A DNA stretch of 64,000 nt from the human T2T-CHM13v2.0 reference genome, Homo sapiens: assembly GCF_009914755.1 (NCBI RefSeq), contig NC_060927.1; one strand, written 5' to 3'. The position numbers and the translations under genes were made by a program. This document shows, piece after piece, positions 17,912 to 34,689 of the stretch (position 1 is the first letter of the stretch; each line of letters starts with the position of its first letter). The notes under the pieces are model-generated. The model made no database searches and was not told the origin of the DNA. It worked only from the letters and a program-made list of their open reading frames with translations.

Positions 17912-18353
17912 TGTTGATGTCAAAATAAAATGAGAGAATACATCTCTAAACTTAACATTTTATTCAGGACTTAAAGAATTACATTTCAGGCACACACACA
18001 GACTTGGTGGTCTTTTGTGTGTCTGAAGAACAAAGAAAAGTTTGGAGTCAGAGAAATGTTACGTATGGTTTTAAAACAAAGCTTATTGTCACTAGATAAA
18101 CTTTTGGGTGCTGGCAAGCTCTGATTGTCTAGTGACGGTGGTAGGTAAAACTAAGAGTCACGGCAGGTCATGTTAGCAGTCACTAGGTCAAAACGGCCTC
18201 AGGGTTACAGCAGGTAGTTTCCGATGCCGGGCTTGCAAAGAATTCAATTCCTGAAGCTGTGCTTTATATCCCGAGTGCATTTTCCCTGGCCTCTCACCTC
18301 TGATTTAATTGAGTATGGCAAGAATGACCCAATTCGCATACTCAACTTTCACA
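17912..18353 (-). mobile_element. Solo ERV LTR, LTR47-like
   Basis: TG...CA termini, 4-bp TSD AATT on both sides; minus strand starts 'tgtgaaagttgag..gaattgggtcattcttg'. Confidence 0.75.
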
Positions 18354-21192
18354 AATTTAAAACTGAATTAAAAATAAAACAAACTCATTCTCACTGTAGA
18401 TAAAGACATGCTAAAAAGTCATCTTTCATAACATCCTGGCTGCAGAGTATGACTAGCGTTTAAGCAGAACACGCATTTGGAAAGAATTGGCTTGTTAGAA
18501 ATGCTGTCAAGTAAAAGATTGTCAGTAGATGTTGGCTGCAGTAGAAATGAATTCTCAGACATGCTGACTCTTTTAAGAGCGGCCGAATCACCTGGAATGA
18601 AAATTATTTCTCCTTCTCCATCCCTCATAGGCTGATTTGAAATGCACAGCAAAAATATTTTCTATAAAAAGAAATGATTTACTAATTAGAAATTGCTGTA
18701 TTAATGTGTATTTTAGGAATTTGATTACTACTAGCATTCATAATATTTTTGAGCTTGTATGTGCCTTAATAATTTAATAAGAAATCTTAAATGACCTACA
18801 CATTATTCTAAAATGTAGGAATGATTTGAAATCAGGAAATTCAAGTGTACACAGAGTCCTTTTAAAAATAATAATGGTTGTAACATCGTCACACACTGGC
18901 TTAAGACAATTCATCATAAAATGGACATATAGACATTCCTTTTTTTAATTTTTTGAAACTTTTTAATGAAGAAAAGGTTGGAGAACTGAATGAAGAGAAC
19001 AAATCTTTGCTTTGTCAAGGAAAGTAGACAAATTATTCTTTAAAAGCTTGAGATTACTCAGATCAATATGAATTGATTCTTTTATATTTTAAACAAAAGC
19101 TTCGTTGTTTTCTTGCTTATATTAACTGTTGAAATGCTTTTAAAAACTGTGGCATATAGTAATTTGTATATTTCAATATGTATATATTTAACACTGAATA
19201 TAAAAATGTAGAGAAATGCAGAAAAGTATTTCAAAATGAAGATTTTTTTAAGTACATCATTTACCAGTCTTTTTCTAAAATTAAAAAAAAGAAAGGCATT
19301 TTATCTACATCTGCAACAACAGATGTAAGTATTAATAAGGATCCTCCCAGCCTCACTTCAGCTAATGCATTTAGGCATTTCTGTGAGAAAAAGCGTACAT
19401 CAGCAAAAGGAGAATTTGGTTTTTCACTCACTTTGTTTAAATCTCTGTCATCTGTCTTTTAGCTCTTGAATCAGTGTGTAAATATAATGAACAGATTTAC
19501 ATGCTCAAGTGTACTAGAGGCAATAAGCAATAAGCATATTTTAAAGTGAAAAAATACAATCAACTGACTATGAAATTAGCTCTTCACCCTCCCAATTTTC
19601 ACTTAATCTTTAAATAGAGACAGCCATTTGAGGTATCTTTTTCCTGCTGAGTGAAAGCATGCTGCTATATATTGGCAAATACAGAGAATAAACACTGAGA
19701 CACTGATATTTTTCTTATGTATAAATTACAGTTTGTTTGCAATAATTTCATGAATAACTTTATTAAATGGTTAAATATTCTTAAGCATTTACTAAATCAA
19801 CACTAGTAGGCTTAGATGCATTTAGATGCAATCACACATTTATATCAAAAAATATATGAGGTGAATATAATCAATAATTACATTTTATAAAATAAACTAA
19901 AGAAATAGAATCTTGGTGACATTAAGTAACTTAACTTCTTTAAGTTGACTCAATTACAAACTGCCAGTAACCCATCATTTTAATCATCAATTGAACATTG
20001 TTACCTATTTTTTTGAAATTTTACACAATTTTATTCCATATACTTCCCTCTTGGTGATATATTTTGTGTGTTTATATTATTCAACAAGTATTTTAACAAG
20101 TATTTACTAAGTACCTGTTGTATGCCAGGAATATTCTAGATGCAGCTGATACAGCTACAAAAATGGATGCTCATTTCACCACCTTTAGTCTTTTCCTCCA
20201 AAAAACTATTCTTCTTCTAAATAAGAAGTAAATACTCCCTCCTATTGATAAATTACCTCCATTAAACCATATATATTTTTTTCCCATTATGGTATTATCT
20301 TCTACTACCCATCCCTCTTAAATTCTGAGTTATTGTAAACAAGAAATACAAGTCCATCCATATGTCTCTACTAGAGATCACCTTCCTTCAGTCTTATAAG
20401 GTCTCCTTCTAGGCCTTGACCAACCAGCCAAAACATTCGCCACTGCTCATGATTCAATGCATATTTTTGTTTTTTTACTTTTATTTAAAGTTCAGGGGTA
20501 CAAGTGCAGGTTTGTTACATAGGTAAACTTGTGTCATGGGGGTTTGCTGTACTGATTATTTCATCACTCAGGTATTAAGCCTAGTACCTTTTAGTTATTT
20601 TTCCTGACTCTCTCCCTCCTCCCACCCTCCATCTTCTTAAAGGTTCCAGTGTGTGTTGTTCCCTTCTATGTGTCCATGTGTTCTCATCATTTAGCTCCTA
20701 CTTATAAGTGATAACATGTGGTATTTGGTTTTTATTTCTCCATTAGTTTGCTAAGGATAATGGCTTCCAGGTCCATCCATGTCTCTGCAAAGGACATGAT
20801 CTCATTCGTTTTTGTGGCTGCATAGTATTTCATGGTGTATATGTACCACATTTTTTTTATCCAGCCTATCATTGATGGGCATGTAGGTTGATTCCTTGTC
20901 TTTTTTATTGTGAATAGTTCAGCAGTGAACATATATGTGCACGTGTCTTTACAATAGAATGAGTTATACTCCTTTGGTTGTATACCCAGTAATGGGATTG
21001 CTGGGTCAAATGGTATGTCTGTTTTTAGGTCTTTGAGAAATTGACACACTGTCTTCCACAATGGCTAAACTGGTTTACGGTGCAAACAACAGTGTAAAAT
21101 GGTTCCTTTTTCTCCAAAACCTCACCAGCATCTGATCTGTTGTTTTTTGACTTTTCAATAATAGCCATTCTGACTGGTGTGAGATGATATCT

Positions 21193-21494
21193 CTCTTTTT
21201 TTTTTTTTCTTTTGAGACAGAGTCTTGCTCTGTTGCCCAGGTTGGAGTGCAGTGGCATGATCTTGGCTCATGGCAACCTCTGCCTCCTGGGTTCAAGTGA
21301 TTCTCCTGCCTCAGCCTCCTGAGTAGCTGGAACTACAGGTGTACACCACCATGCCCGGATAATTTTTGTATTTTTAGTGGAGATGGACTTTCACTATGTT
21401 GGCCAGGCTGGTCTCAAACTCCTGACCTCAGGTAATCCGCCCACCTCGGCCTCTCAAATTGCTGGGATTACAGCATGAGCCACAGCACCCAGCT
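21193..21494 (-). mobile_element. AluS (Sx-like)
   Basis: Complete dimer with T-tail; 'ctcctgacctcaggt'. Confidence 0.93.
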
Positions 21495-22126
21495 TCACTG
21501 TGGTTTTGATTTGCATTTCTCTAATGATCAGTGACGCTGAGCTTTTTTCGTATGTTTGTTGGCTGCACATATGTCTGCTTTTGAAAAGTGTCTTTTCATG
21601 TCCTTTGCCCACTTTTTAATCAGGTTATTTTTTTATTCTTTAAATTTGTTTAAGTTCCTTACAAATGCTGGATATTAGACCTTTGTCAGAGGAATAGATT
21701 GCAATAAAAATTTATCTCATTCTGTAGATTGTCTGTTTATTTTGTTGATTCTTTTGCTGTGTAGAAGCTCTTTAGTTTAATTGTATCCCATTTGTCAACT
21801 TTTGCTTTTGTTGCAATTGCTTTTGGCATCTTTTTCATGATATCTTGGCCCATGCCTATACCCTGAATGATATTGCCCAGGTTGCCTACCAGAGTTTTTA
21901 TAGTTTTTGGTTTTACATTTAACTCTTCAATTCATCTTGAGTTAATTTTTGCATATACTAAAAATAAGGGGTCCAGTTTTAATCCTATACATATGGTGAG
22001 TCAGTTATTCCAGCACTATTTATTGAATAGGAAATCCTTTCCCCAAGGCTTATTTTCATCAAGTTTGTTGAAGATCAGATAGTTGTAGGTGTGTGGTCTT
22101 ATTTCTGGGTTCTCTATTCTGTTCTA

Positions 22127-22438
<312 letters not shown>

Positions 22439-24785
22439 TTATGTGAAGAATGTCTATGGTAGTTTAATAGGAATAGCATTGTGATTCAATGACTATTCTA
22501 AATTCAAGTTTTCTTTCTATTCAAAGTGCATGACTAGTCAATATCCAAGGTTTTCCCCTTTGGGAAAATTTCTTCTTGCCATAGTATTTCAAAGCCACCC
22601 CATGCACTAAACCAACACATTTATGACCAAGCTATGAATTCTTCCTCTTCTATTAGCTGGTCATCGGGAGCCTCCCTGTGGCATAAATGTGAGCACCTGC
22701 AGAGATTAACTACAGAGGTGATTGATGTGATTGTCCTGCCCCACCTGCACATATAGCTTTCTTATGCCCTCTGGTACTGCTCAGGTGATATCCAGGATAT
22801 ACCACTGCTATCTTACAATGGATTGTTCAACTGTTGCTGGTCTGCATGACCTGTGACTTGGTGGATCTGACATTAACCAGCTCATTATGGGCAGCTCTGG
22901 CCACATGGTCATTTATTATACCATGGTTAGACTCTCTGTATTTACCAAGGTCCAAGAGAATGCCAGCAGTTTTCTGAAAATTTTGTAATTTTCTGATACA
23001 CATAACACAGTTCCATTCCAGAACTCTAGTGGGATTCATTGGAATTCCTTTATTGATGCTCTAATATGATAGGGTCATATTGCATCATATTGCTCAAAGT
23101 AGCTGGGTGTTTTGTACCATAACCTGCTCATGCTATACAACATCTAGACTCCATTTAAAGCTGGTATTCATCCTGCCTATTGATCCGAATAGTATTCCTA
23201 GTGTAGAGTATGCTGTCTTCAGAAGCCAGATAGGCCTACTAGGCATTGTGCAGCTTTATTATGCTCTCTGCTATAAGGCATGCACGTGCCTTGGAGGGCA
23301 TGTTTCCACAAAGGCCACTAATGTACTAGCATTTCTTTCTCATCTGGGATTATTAGCTTAATGCAATTGACATAGAGACACAGGACAAAACTCTGCAAAA
23401 CATCCAGTAGTTCTAGGTCTCTTAGGTCTCTTCAGATTATAACAAAGGAAAGAAGAGTTATCATGGCCCTGAGTGAAGGCTATAAATGTATACCATTGAC
23501 CTTTTCACGTGACTGCAAACTGCTTTTAATCTAAGTCAAAGCAAACTGTTTTTGGACAAAGGTGATGCAAACATATTTACCAGGTCAATGGCTCATATCA
23601 TGTATATTAGCCTATGTTAATCTGTTCTACAGATTATCTATCATCTGGCAGAACAGCTACAGCTGAGTTGAGTTTATTACTTGCTTGAGATTAAAGGAGT
23701 CTGCTGTCATCCTTGAATTCAGCTGGTCTTTGCACAGGCCAGGCTGGTGAATTAACAGGTGATAAAATGAGGACACTTCACTTGTATTCTTTAGTTTAGA
23801 CTCTTTAGAAATAGCACTTATTTCTGCCACCTATTTTAGGATGTGATATTTTTATATTTACTATCTTATATTATAGAAGAACAGTTTAAAAACTTTCAGT
23901 TGTCCTTTCACACTAAGTCAGCTCTCACTCCACATAGGCCAAATAGCAAATGTAGGAAATGTGGAAGTATCAATTATGTTAGTTCCAACTATACATTTAG
24001 CAACCAGGGAAATGATCATTGGATTGTGGCCTTAGAAGCTCTGGACCCACTGTGAGGACCTAGGCCAGACTCTACTCATCACCTCACTCACATTTGTCTC
24101 CACTCTTACCAAGAAGTCACAATGACAGCTTGAATGCTGGCTATCAATATTAGCTCAAGCCCTTGTCTAATGGTTTTGAAAAGATTTTATGTTGTCCATT
24201 TTCTCAGTGTATAACCAGGCAAGTAAATTGACCATTGGTCTCTTCCAGAAAGGACTGAGGAACCATCACTGTGCACAATGGCTGTGGTATTGTCAGTCCT
24301 TCCTCCTGGGGTTCTGACTGACTCTTCAGTTAATGTGTTTTGGATCCCAAAACTGTCTGAGTTCTGGAGTCTTTATGATGAAATCGTGGCTGTCTTTTGA
24401 AATATCTACCTTTTTCATTCATAAAAGTTCTTCTTTCTTTCTTGATTATAGAGTATGAACAGTCATAATCTCACTGGCTGCTCATCTATCTTGCCGTTAG
24501 GAAAACGGTCTTTTATTTAAAAAAAAATTATAACTCTATGCAACTTAGGCTCCTATGGCTGCCACTGTGATGTTGCTTCCAATAACAATAACTGAGGCAG
24601 CCTGACTTCTGATGTTTGAATACCACCAGATACCAGATAACTTATTTGTTTTGTTTTTTGTTTTTGTTTTTTTTGGTCAAATGATGGCACTTAATCTTTG
24701 CTCTCAGAGAGCCAAGTTATTTCCTGATGTTAAAAAAAGCAATTAGTGAACTTGTTAGTAAGGATGCTACTTTCTCATTAACATA

Positions 24786-27298
24786 TAAGTAGACCTTGTC
24801 TGTGCTTCACAAACACTGCCTTTTTTATAAATTGAAGGTTTATGGCAATCTTGCATCAGGAACATCTATAGGCACCATTTTTTCAACAGCCTAGGCTCAC
24901 TTGTGTCTCTGTGTCACATTTTGGTAATTTTGCAATATATCAAAGTTTTTATTATTATTACCTGTTAAGATGATCTGTGGTCAGTGATATTTGATGCTAT
25001 TATTGTAATTGTTTTGATATGTCATGAACCGCACCTATGTAAGACAGAAAACTTAATCAGTAAATATCGAATGTGTTCTGACTGCTCCATAGACTAGCCA
25101 TAGCCCAGTCTGTTTCCCTTTCCTTGGGCCTCCCTACTCCCTAAGACACAATAATATTGAAATTAGGCCAATTAGTGATTCCACAATAACCTCTAAGTGT
25201 TCAAGTGAAAGGAAGAGTTGCATTTCTCTCCCAATAAATCAAAGGCTACAAATGATTAAGCTTAGTGAGGAAGGCATGTTGAAAACTGAGATAGGCTGTA
25301 GGCCTCTTTTGCCAGCTAGCTAAGTTGTGAATACTAAGGAAACATTCTTGAAGGAAATTAAATGTGCTACTCCAGTGAACACATTAATGATAAGAAAGAA
25401 AAACAACATTATTACTGATATGGAAAAAAAGTGTAGTGGTATGAATGGAAGATCAAATCAGCTACAACATTCACTTAAGCCAAAACTTAATCCAGAGCAA
25501 GGCCTTAACTCTCTTAAATTCTGTGAAGGCAGAGAAATGTAAGGAAGCTGCCCAAAGAAACCTTTGAGGCAAACAGAGTTTGGCTCATAAGATAGTAGGG
25601 AAGAAGCAATCTCCATCACATAAAATTCAAGGTTAAGCAACAAGTCCTGATATGGAAGCTGCAACAAGTTATCCAGAAGATCTAGCTAAGATAATTAATA
25701 AAGGTGGCCACAAAAGTCAACAGGTTTTTAATGTAAATGAATTAGTCTTTTATTGGAAGAAGATGACATCTTGGGCTTTCATAGCTAAGAAGTCAATACC
25801 TATCTTCAAAGCATCAAAGAGAGGGGCTAACTCTTGCTTCAGGGTAATGCAGCTGGTGACTTGAAGTTAAAACCAATGTTCATTTACCTTTCTGAAAAGT
25901 CTAGGGTGCTTGAGAATTCTGATAACTCTACTCTGCCTCTGCTCTGTAAATGGAACAACAAAGCCTGGATGATGTTTAATTTATTTACAGCATGGTTTAC
26001 TGAATATTTTAAGCCCATTGTTGAGTCCTATTGCTCCTTTAGATTAGATTCTTTTTAAAAGAGTACTTATTTATTGACAATGTGACTCATCACCCAAGAG
26101 CTCTAATGGAGACGCACAAGGAGATTAATGTTGTCTCATGCCTGCCAACACAATATCCATTGTGCAGCACTTGAATTGAGGAGTAATTTCAACTTTTAAA
26201 TCTTATTATTTAAGAAATGATTCCTTCAATGAATATGGACAAAGGAAACTGAAAACCTTCTGGAAGGATTCACCTTTGTAGGTACCATTAATAACTTTGG
26301 CGATTCATTCATAGGAGGAGATCAAAATATGACATTAACATGAGTTTGGAAGAAGTTGATTCCAATCCTCATGGATGACTTTGAGCAGTTCAAGTGGAGG
26401 AAATATCTGCAGATGTGGTGAAAATACCAAGAGAATTAGGACTAAAAGCAGAGCCTCAATATATGGCTGAACTTTTTTCTATTTCATGATAAAAGTTGAA
26501 CCCATGAGAAGTTATTTCTCATAGATGAGCAAAGAATGTGGTTTATTGAGATGGAATATACTCCTGGTAAAAATGCTGTGAACGTTATTGAAACAACAAC
26601 AAAGAATTAAAAATATTATTACCTCAAATTAGTTGATAAAGCAGATTTGAGAGGATTGACTTTAATTTTGAAAAATTCTACTGTGGGTAAAATGCTGTCA
26701 AATAGTATTACATGTTACAGAGAAAACTTTCATGAATGGAAGAGTAAATCAATTTTGCAAATATCATTATTTTATTTTAAGAAATTGCCACAATTGCTTC
26801 AACTTTCAGCACAATCACCCTGATCAGTCAGCATCAAAAATATTAGGATATGCTGAAGACTCAGATTATTGTTAGCATCTTTTAGCAATGAAATTTAATT
26901 AAGATATGTACATAATTTACACATAATGCCATTGCACACTTAGACTACAGTGTAGTATAAACCTAACCTTTTTTTTTCTTTTTTTAAACTTTAGGGTCAG
27001 AGAATACATGTGCAGGTTCGTTACATGAATATACTGGTATAGTGGTGAAGTTCATGCTTCTAGTGTACCCGTCACCCAGATAGTTATCATTGTACCCAAA
27101 AGATAGTTTTTCAACACTCAGTTTCCCCTAACCTCCCAACTATAGGAATCCAAGTGTCTGCTGTTTCTATCTTTGTGTCCATGTGTACCTACTCAACATA
27201 ACTTTTATATGCACTTAAAAATCAAAATGCTCTTTGTGACTGGCCTTATTTTGATATTTACTTTATTGCAAGAGTCTCAAACCAAACTCCTGATATCT
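24786..27298 (+). mobile_element. Near full-length Tigger1 DNA transposon with a disrupted pogo-like transposase
   Basis: 'aaattgaaggtttatggcaa', 'ctctaagtgttcaagtgaaaggaagag'; peptides EAATSYPEDLAKII, QVFNVNE, NAAGDLKLKPM, WNNKAWM; many stops and frameshifts. Confidence 0.93.
26972..27194 (-). mobile_element. Short L1 3' end (PA15/16- or PB-like) in Tigger1
   Basis: T-tail plus 'tacatgtgcaggttcgttacatg'; TSD aacctaaccttt/aacataactttt. Confidence 0.8.
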
Positions 27299-27668
27299 TA
27301 CACAGAATATCATTGCAAGCAAATTGTTGCTTTTTAATTCCTTCTGCCACATCTGCCACAGCAACCTTGGCACCTCAGTAAGTCTATTAGTTTCCTACTG
27401 CTACTATAACAAGTTACACATATTTTGGGTTCTTAAAACAACACAAATTTATCTTACAGTTCTAGAGGTCAGAAGTCTGAAAAGGGTCTCACTGGGCTAC
27501 AACCAGGGTGTTGGCAAGGTTGCATTCTTCTGCAGGCTCTAGTAAAATACATTTTCTTGCATTCTCCAACTTCAAGAGCAAGCTTGCATGTCTTGGCTCA
27601 TAACTCAGCAGCACCATTGCCCAAATTCCCATGTTGCCATCTGTCTGGTTCTTTCTTCTTTCACTTTT

Positions 27669-29194
<1,526 letters not shown>

Positions 29195-31892
29195 TTTCTT
29201 CTTTCACTTTTAAGGTCTCTTGTGATTACATTATGCCTACCAAGGTAATTTAAGATAACCTCTCATTTAGAGGTCAACTTACTAACAATCTTAATCTTGT
29301 CTGAAATATTAATTCTCCTTTTCAATATAGCCAAACATACTAAAGGTTTAGGATCTTAGAATATCTTTAGTGGACATTATTCTGCTTACTACAGTCTGTA
29401 TATGCTATTACATTTTCATATTTCTAGAAGCCATTCTACCAGTGTTTCTGCCCCATCTCCCAGAGTTTCTGTGTGAATATTTAACCATGGGACTTTCTTT
29501 AGAGGTCAAGTGTTCTTACAACTAAGCAGGGCCCTGGTCCTCAGCTTTCTCTTCCTACCCAATGTAGAAGATGAGATCTACTTTGTACAATAATAAGAAG
29601 ACTTGGTTTTACCTTTACAGTTAGCATTAGTTGCCAATTAATTGCTCTGTTTTTTGTTATTTTTCCCAAAGTAATTAAACTGAGCAATTCTATTGTACTC
29701 AATGTTATTATTTCCCCTATACTTCTCCAAGGACTGATGGAATACCTAGCTCGCATATCCCCACCAATTATATCATCCCAGTTTATCACAGGTGAGCATG
29801 TTAACAATTGCACTGCTACCTTTGTCGGGAGCTCTCTCTGCTCCACACCATGCTTATGGAATCCTCATTTCCAGATGGGAGGTATTTAATCCAGTTCAAA
29901 ATCTCACCTAAGTGTTTTCTTTCTGACAAAAATGCTGTGTTAACATTTCCAAGTTGGCTTCCCCTGCAAGCAGAGTGTAAAATGAAGTTTTGCATATAGT
30001 CGTTATATTTTGGAGTGTGCTTGAATTAATTCCTCTAGAATGGAGAGGAAGAAAAAATGAATGGACAAAGAGACAAATCAAGTGATCTTAAAGGAAACCT
30101 CATAAAACCATGTGAAGAGTTCCACAAATAGTATGGAGAGGCTAAGGCCCTGGGACAGATGACTCTCTTCAACTGAAACAATTCCTAAAGAGTGCTGAGA
30201 GTAGAGGACTGAACAATAAATCTTATTTCTGAAGAGTATCTCTGAGTATCACAGCATCCATGAATTTATAGTAGATCTTTCTCTTGCTAACTCTGTCTTT
30301 CTCTTAAAAACTAGTCTTCCCCACCCCAATTGCACTTTGCATTTAGAAATAAAAATCCTAAAAACACAAATCACCTCAAAGTACGAAAATAGAGGCATGA
30401 CAAAATGCCTGAACAAGAAAAAAGAATGAAAACAATAGCCTGGCTTGAATATGAGAAGAAAATGAAATAAATACAGGTAGAATACCAAAGTTAAGATATA
30501 CATATCTGCCATATATGTTACAAATCCAGATTATATTAAAGGCAGGCAATTGAAATTCTCTTACGCTAAAAACAAAGTTGCATTATTTTCCAAGAGCATG
30601 TTCAGGGAACTTAACATAATTAATGCAGTCATTAATTATTTCATTACAATGTTTGACTACCTATTCTGTGTCTGACCATGAATTAAGTGCCATTGATTCA
30701 AAAGTATATAAATAAAACAGAAATATGCATGATGCAACTTATTTCCCATGTGGAGGCAAACAGTAAGATATAAAATAAAAACTCTAAAAAACAAAATATC
30801 ATTATTTCAGAATATACGAAATATTTTTATTATAATAAGTAGTAAACGAACCAGGTGATGTGATAAAGAATAACTTGGGAAGATATTTTAGCTAAGAATT
30901 ATTTAATATTAGTCAGGTTATCAATAATTATTGTTCAATTTTTAATAAATTAAAAGTTCCTTGAGATCCATTGTCCAGTTTGATCTTTATTTCTTAACAT
31001 TTTCTTCATTTCATTTAGAATTCCTTGGTAAAACCCCACACCATAGCTTCTTATCATAGTTACTAAAACAGTAATAATATAGCATATGGTTTACATTAAC
31101 TGTTAATATTTTAGAATATTCTAATCTAAATTAACAGCTCTATTTCTCTTTTCTTAGGATATAAATATTTATTCATTATAGGTACTATGTTATTGCGATA
31201 TTTCTGAAGTTCATTTTGATTCAATTTTCAATGTTAACGGAAATTACTGACATATTATTACTTAAAGAATTACAAACAATGGTAATTACTAACTAAAGGA
31301 AATCAAGATGAACAATTTTTAAATATATAAAGGTATTGTGTGCTTTGTGGGTTTAAAATGGTTAAATTATTTTTTAAAAGTATAGTACTGTAAAACTGTA
31401 AGTTTAAACTATTATCACTTACTTTGCTTGAAACTGATGGCTTAGAAGATGAAGTTCCTTGCATGTACATTCATGTGTGTATGTATTCAGCGGCTTTTTA
31501 TTATTTACTTACACATTATAATTTATTATTGAAAAACGGTATTTACCATGTATACCTGTATTACGGTTAAGTATAATTTCAATCTAGAATAAAAAATCAC
31601 TTTAAGTTCAAGTTATTCCTTTAAATCTCTGGGCAAGAGTCAGAATTTCTTTAAATCAGAGATTTTTAACTGCCGAACACAAACTACAAATGAGAATTTC
31701 CTTGGCAATTTAGGGTACTGTAGAAGCATGATAATAAAGTTATTTTTTAAATGATTCATATAGGTATGTCTGTTTATAATACACATGAGAAACTCCAATT
31801 TCATTATATACTTGAACAATTCCATAGAAAAACCTTCAGAATAAGATGGTTAGACAATAACATAGCCCTGCTTAGCACATTGCTGTATAATG

Positions 31893-32194
31893 TTTCTTTT
31901 TTCTTTTTTTTTCTGAGACGGGGTCTTTGTCACCCAAGTTGGAATGCAGTGGTGAGATTTAGGCTCGCTACAACCTCACCTCCCAGGCTCAGGTGATCCT
32001 CCCACCTCAACCCCACAAGTAGCTCTGAAACTACAGGCACGCACCACCACGCTCATCTAAATTTTTGTATTTTTGGTAGAGATGGGGTTTAGGCTTGTTG
32101 CTTAGGCTTGTCTCGAAATCCTGAGCTGAGGCAATCCATCCACCTTGGCCTCCTTAAGTGCGGGGATTACAGGCCTGAGCCACCTTGCCCAGCC
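31893..32194 (-). mobile_element. AluJ
   Basis: 'ccaggctcaggtgatcctcccacctca'; diverged full dimer. Confidence 0.88.
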
Positions 32195-34597
32195 TTGAAT
32201 AAATTTTACCACAGAAACCCTTGAATATGATCGATTTTCTTTCAAATAGAAGAGGACATACACACTCCTCAATGTAAGCCCTTTTAAATAAATTTTTTAA
32301 AATCCCTCACCTAATCCCCTCAGAAAAATGTTATAGTTTAACATGGTGTTCTATTTCAAGAATTATTTTTTCTAATAAAACGGATGTACACAGGGCTTTG
32401 AGCAGCTAGACTTGATGACATAGAAAGGTGGCAGCAAACTAATAGGTACATATGCTCTCAGAGGCAATTCGTAGAAAGAAAAAAGGTCACATCACATTTT
32501 TCATTGCCTTTGTTCTAAGAAAGAATGCAGGTTTCCTGGATGTCTGCAACCCAGCATTCAATTGCAGGTGAGGCAATTGTTTTAGGTAAATAAATTTCCA
32601 ATGGAAGTGCTCAGTGTTTCAGCGCAAACAGGAATCTTGCACTGTACCCTCAAAGCATTGACATCAGCTGTGTCAACTGATTCTGATTCTGAATATAAAA
32701 ATCTGATTCATCACAAGTTTGACACATGCTGCTTCAAAAAACTGAAGGAGGCTCCAAGTCTCATTCAGAGCTGCAGCCTGGCAACAATTTCATTTTTGTC
32801 TTCTAAGTTGTTTTCCTTTCACCCTTTTGCTGAGCAGAAACTAGAAAATGGTTCTGAGAGGAGCTGCATACTGCAACAGATGTATTACACATAAATATAC
32901 AGAAACATACAGAGAGCCCTGGAGAATATAAGCTAGTGTTATTCACAAAATCTGTCAATTTCCTAAATCTCAAGGCGTAAAACAGAAATAAATACTACAT
33001 TGATCTTGCTAATAATCATTATGAGATAAAGAGTTACTTCCCAAGTAATGACTAATAAAATCTGTGAAACAAAGAGAAAATAAAGTCCACGAGGAAACTG
33101 TGTGATACTGAAAGAATAAGCAGAAAATTTAAGTTGATAATTTTCTTTTTTCCATCCTCTAACAGAGCCATATGATTTATTTTTAACTTACAAGTTACTT
33201 AAATTCTTGATGTAATATGTATTGTTATCTTAAACCCATTCTGGTTTTCTGTATAGTTCATTTCCCCTAGCTCCATTCACCCCTTCAGCACCACTGTGTC
33301 AGGGTTAGGGATAGGGCAAATATGTTCATTACACAGTCTTGTTTTACCCAGTCTTTTTTTTTTTTAAGGGCCTTTCCAGTTCCTGCATTTATGCCTTTAA
33401 AAACTTGCATCAATACCTTGTGATCACGATAACAGATATGTCGATTATTCTTACTTTTTCATAAATACAGGTCAATATTTTTCTCAAGAATGTTAGCACT
33501 TTAAGGCTCAAGCAATGTTACCTAGTAAGAATGCTGACTCAGTTAAAAACTGTAAAGCTCTCACATGTAGAGCTAGGAAGAGATTTTTCATGATGTAGAA
33601 ATTTCCTTTTATAAAAACCTGACATCTATTCTGACTATAAAGTTTATTCTGCCCTAGTGTTTGGACTTCTGGTAGGCTGTTTTTTTAAACCCTAGTTGCA
33701 ATTAAAGTGATTAATCTCACTTTCTTAATAAATAATAAAATTTGGCCTTCAATGAAGATGAGTTTCAGTAATCTAAGCAATAAATCAACCCCAAATTCTT
33801 TATTTCTTACTGAATACAGATAAGTGTGTTTTGTGTGTGTGTATAATATATAATATATATAAACTATAATTAGGTCCTGTATAATTACCTTCAAAAACTG
33901 TCTTAATAGAAATGTGACTGTATGAAATATTAATCAATTTAAAATTATTGAACCCTGATACTTTGTCATAACAAGTGTGTCTATTATCATGCAAAGCAAC
34001 ATAGACTATATTTAAATTAACCATGAATGAAAATTTTTTATAAGTCCATCAACCTTCTGTTTCTTTGTGTACGTGTGGAAAGAGTATTGCTATGGCACTT
34101 AAATGCACAATTATATATTTAATTTAATAGGCTACTTCATTTTAATAAAATTCTAATTTTTATGAAATTCTAATATTGCTAACATTTAACATCAAGAAAA
34201 GCATTGCTAGGGTAAGCAAATAGTACTTTAAAAATGATAATTTACCCATATCAATCCAAACTGAATAGGAATAGGAAAATAGTCCTCCTGAGTCTACCTT
34301 ATTTTTTATATAGGAAGTCAAAACAATATGTTATTGATGAAATGCCTGAAAGTCTCTATGCAATGCAAGAAGAATATTAATATAACAGAGTTCCAGCATA
34401 AAAATATAGAGCTATGTATTAATCAGAGTGAATTATAGCTTTGACTTGCATTGCGCTCTAAATAAATGCAGGTGAGAAAGAAGGGGTTAAAATTAATAAT
34501 TTATACTAAAACCAGTAAAACAATAGTAATAAACTTAGTAAGTACCTAATTCAGCACACCATTTACATTTTACATGTATTAGAGGCAATTTTTGAAA

Positions 34598-34689
34598 AAC
34601 TGTGTTGAATACACTTGAATATCTTACACAGTCATGTATTGTGAACTGTGTTGAATACACTTGACTATCTTATGCAGTCATATATTTTG
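34598..34689. repeat. 46-bp tandem duplication (2 copies)
   Basis: aactgtgttgaatacacttga(a/c)tatctta(ca/tg)cagtcat(g/a)tatt(g/t)tg at 34598 and 34644. Confidence 0.9.

Noticed and set aside
25327-26058. TIGD1-like domesticated transposase gene
   Set aside because: Frame broken by multiple stops and frameshifts, start codon lost; ordinary Tigger1 fossil
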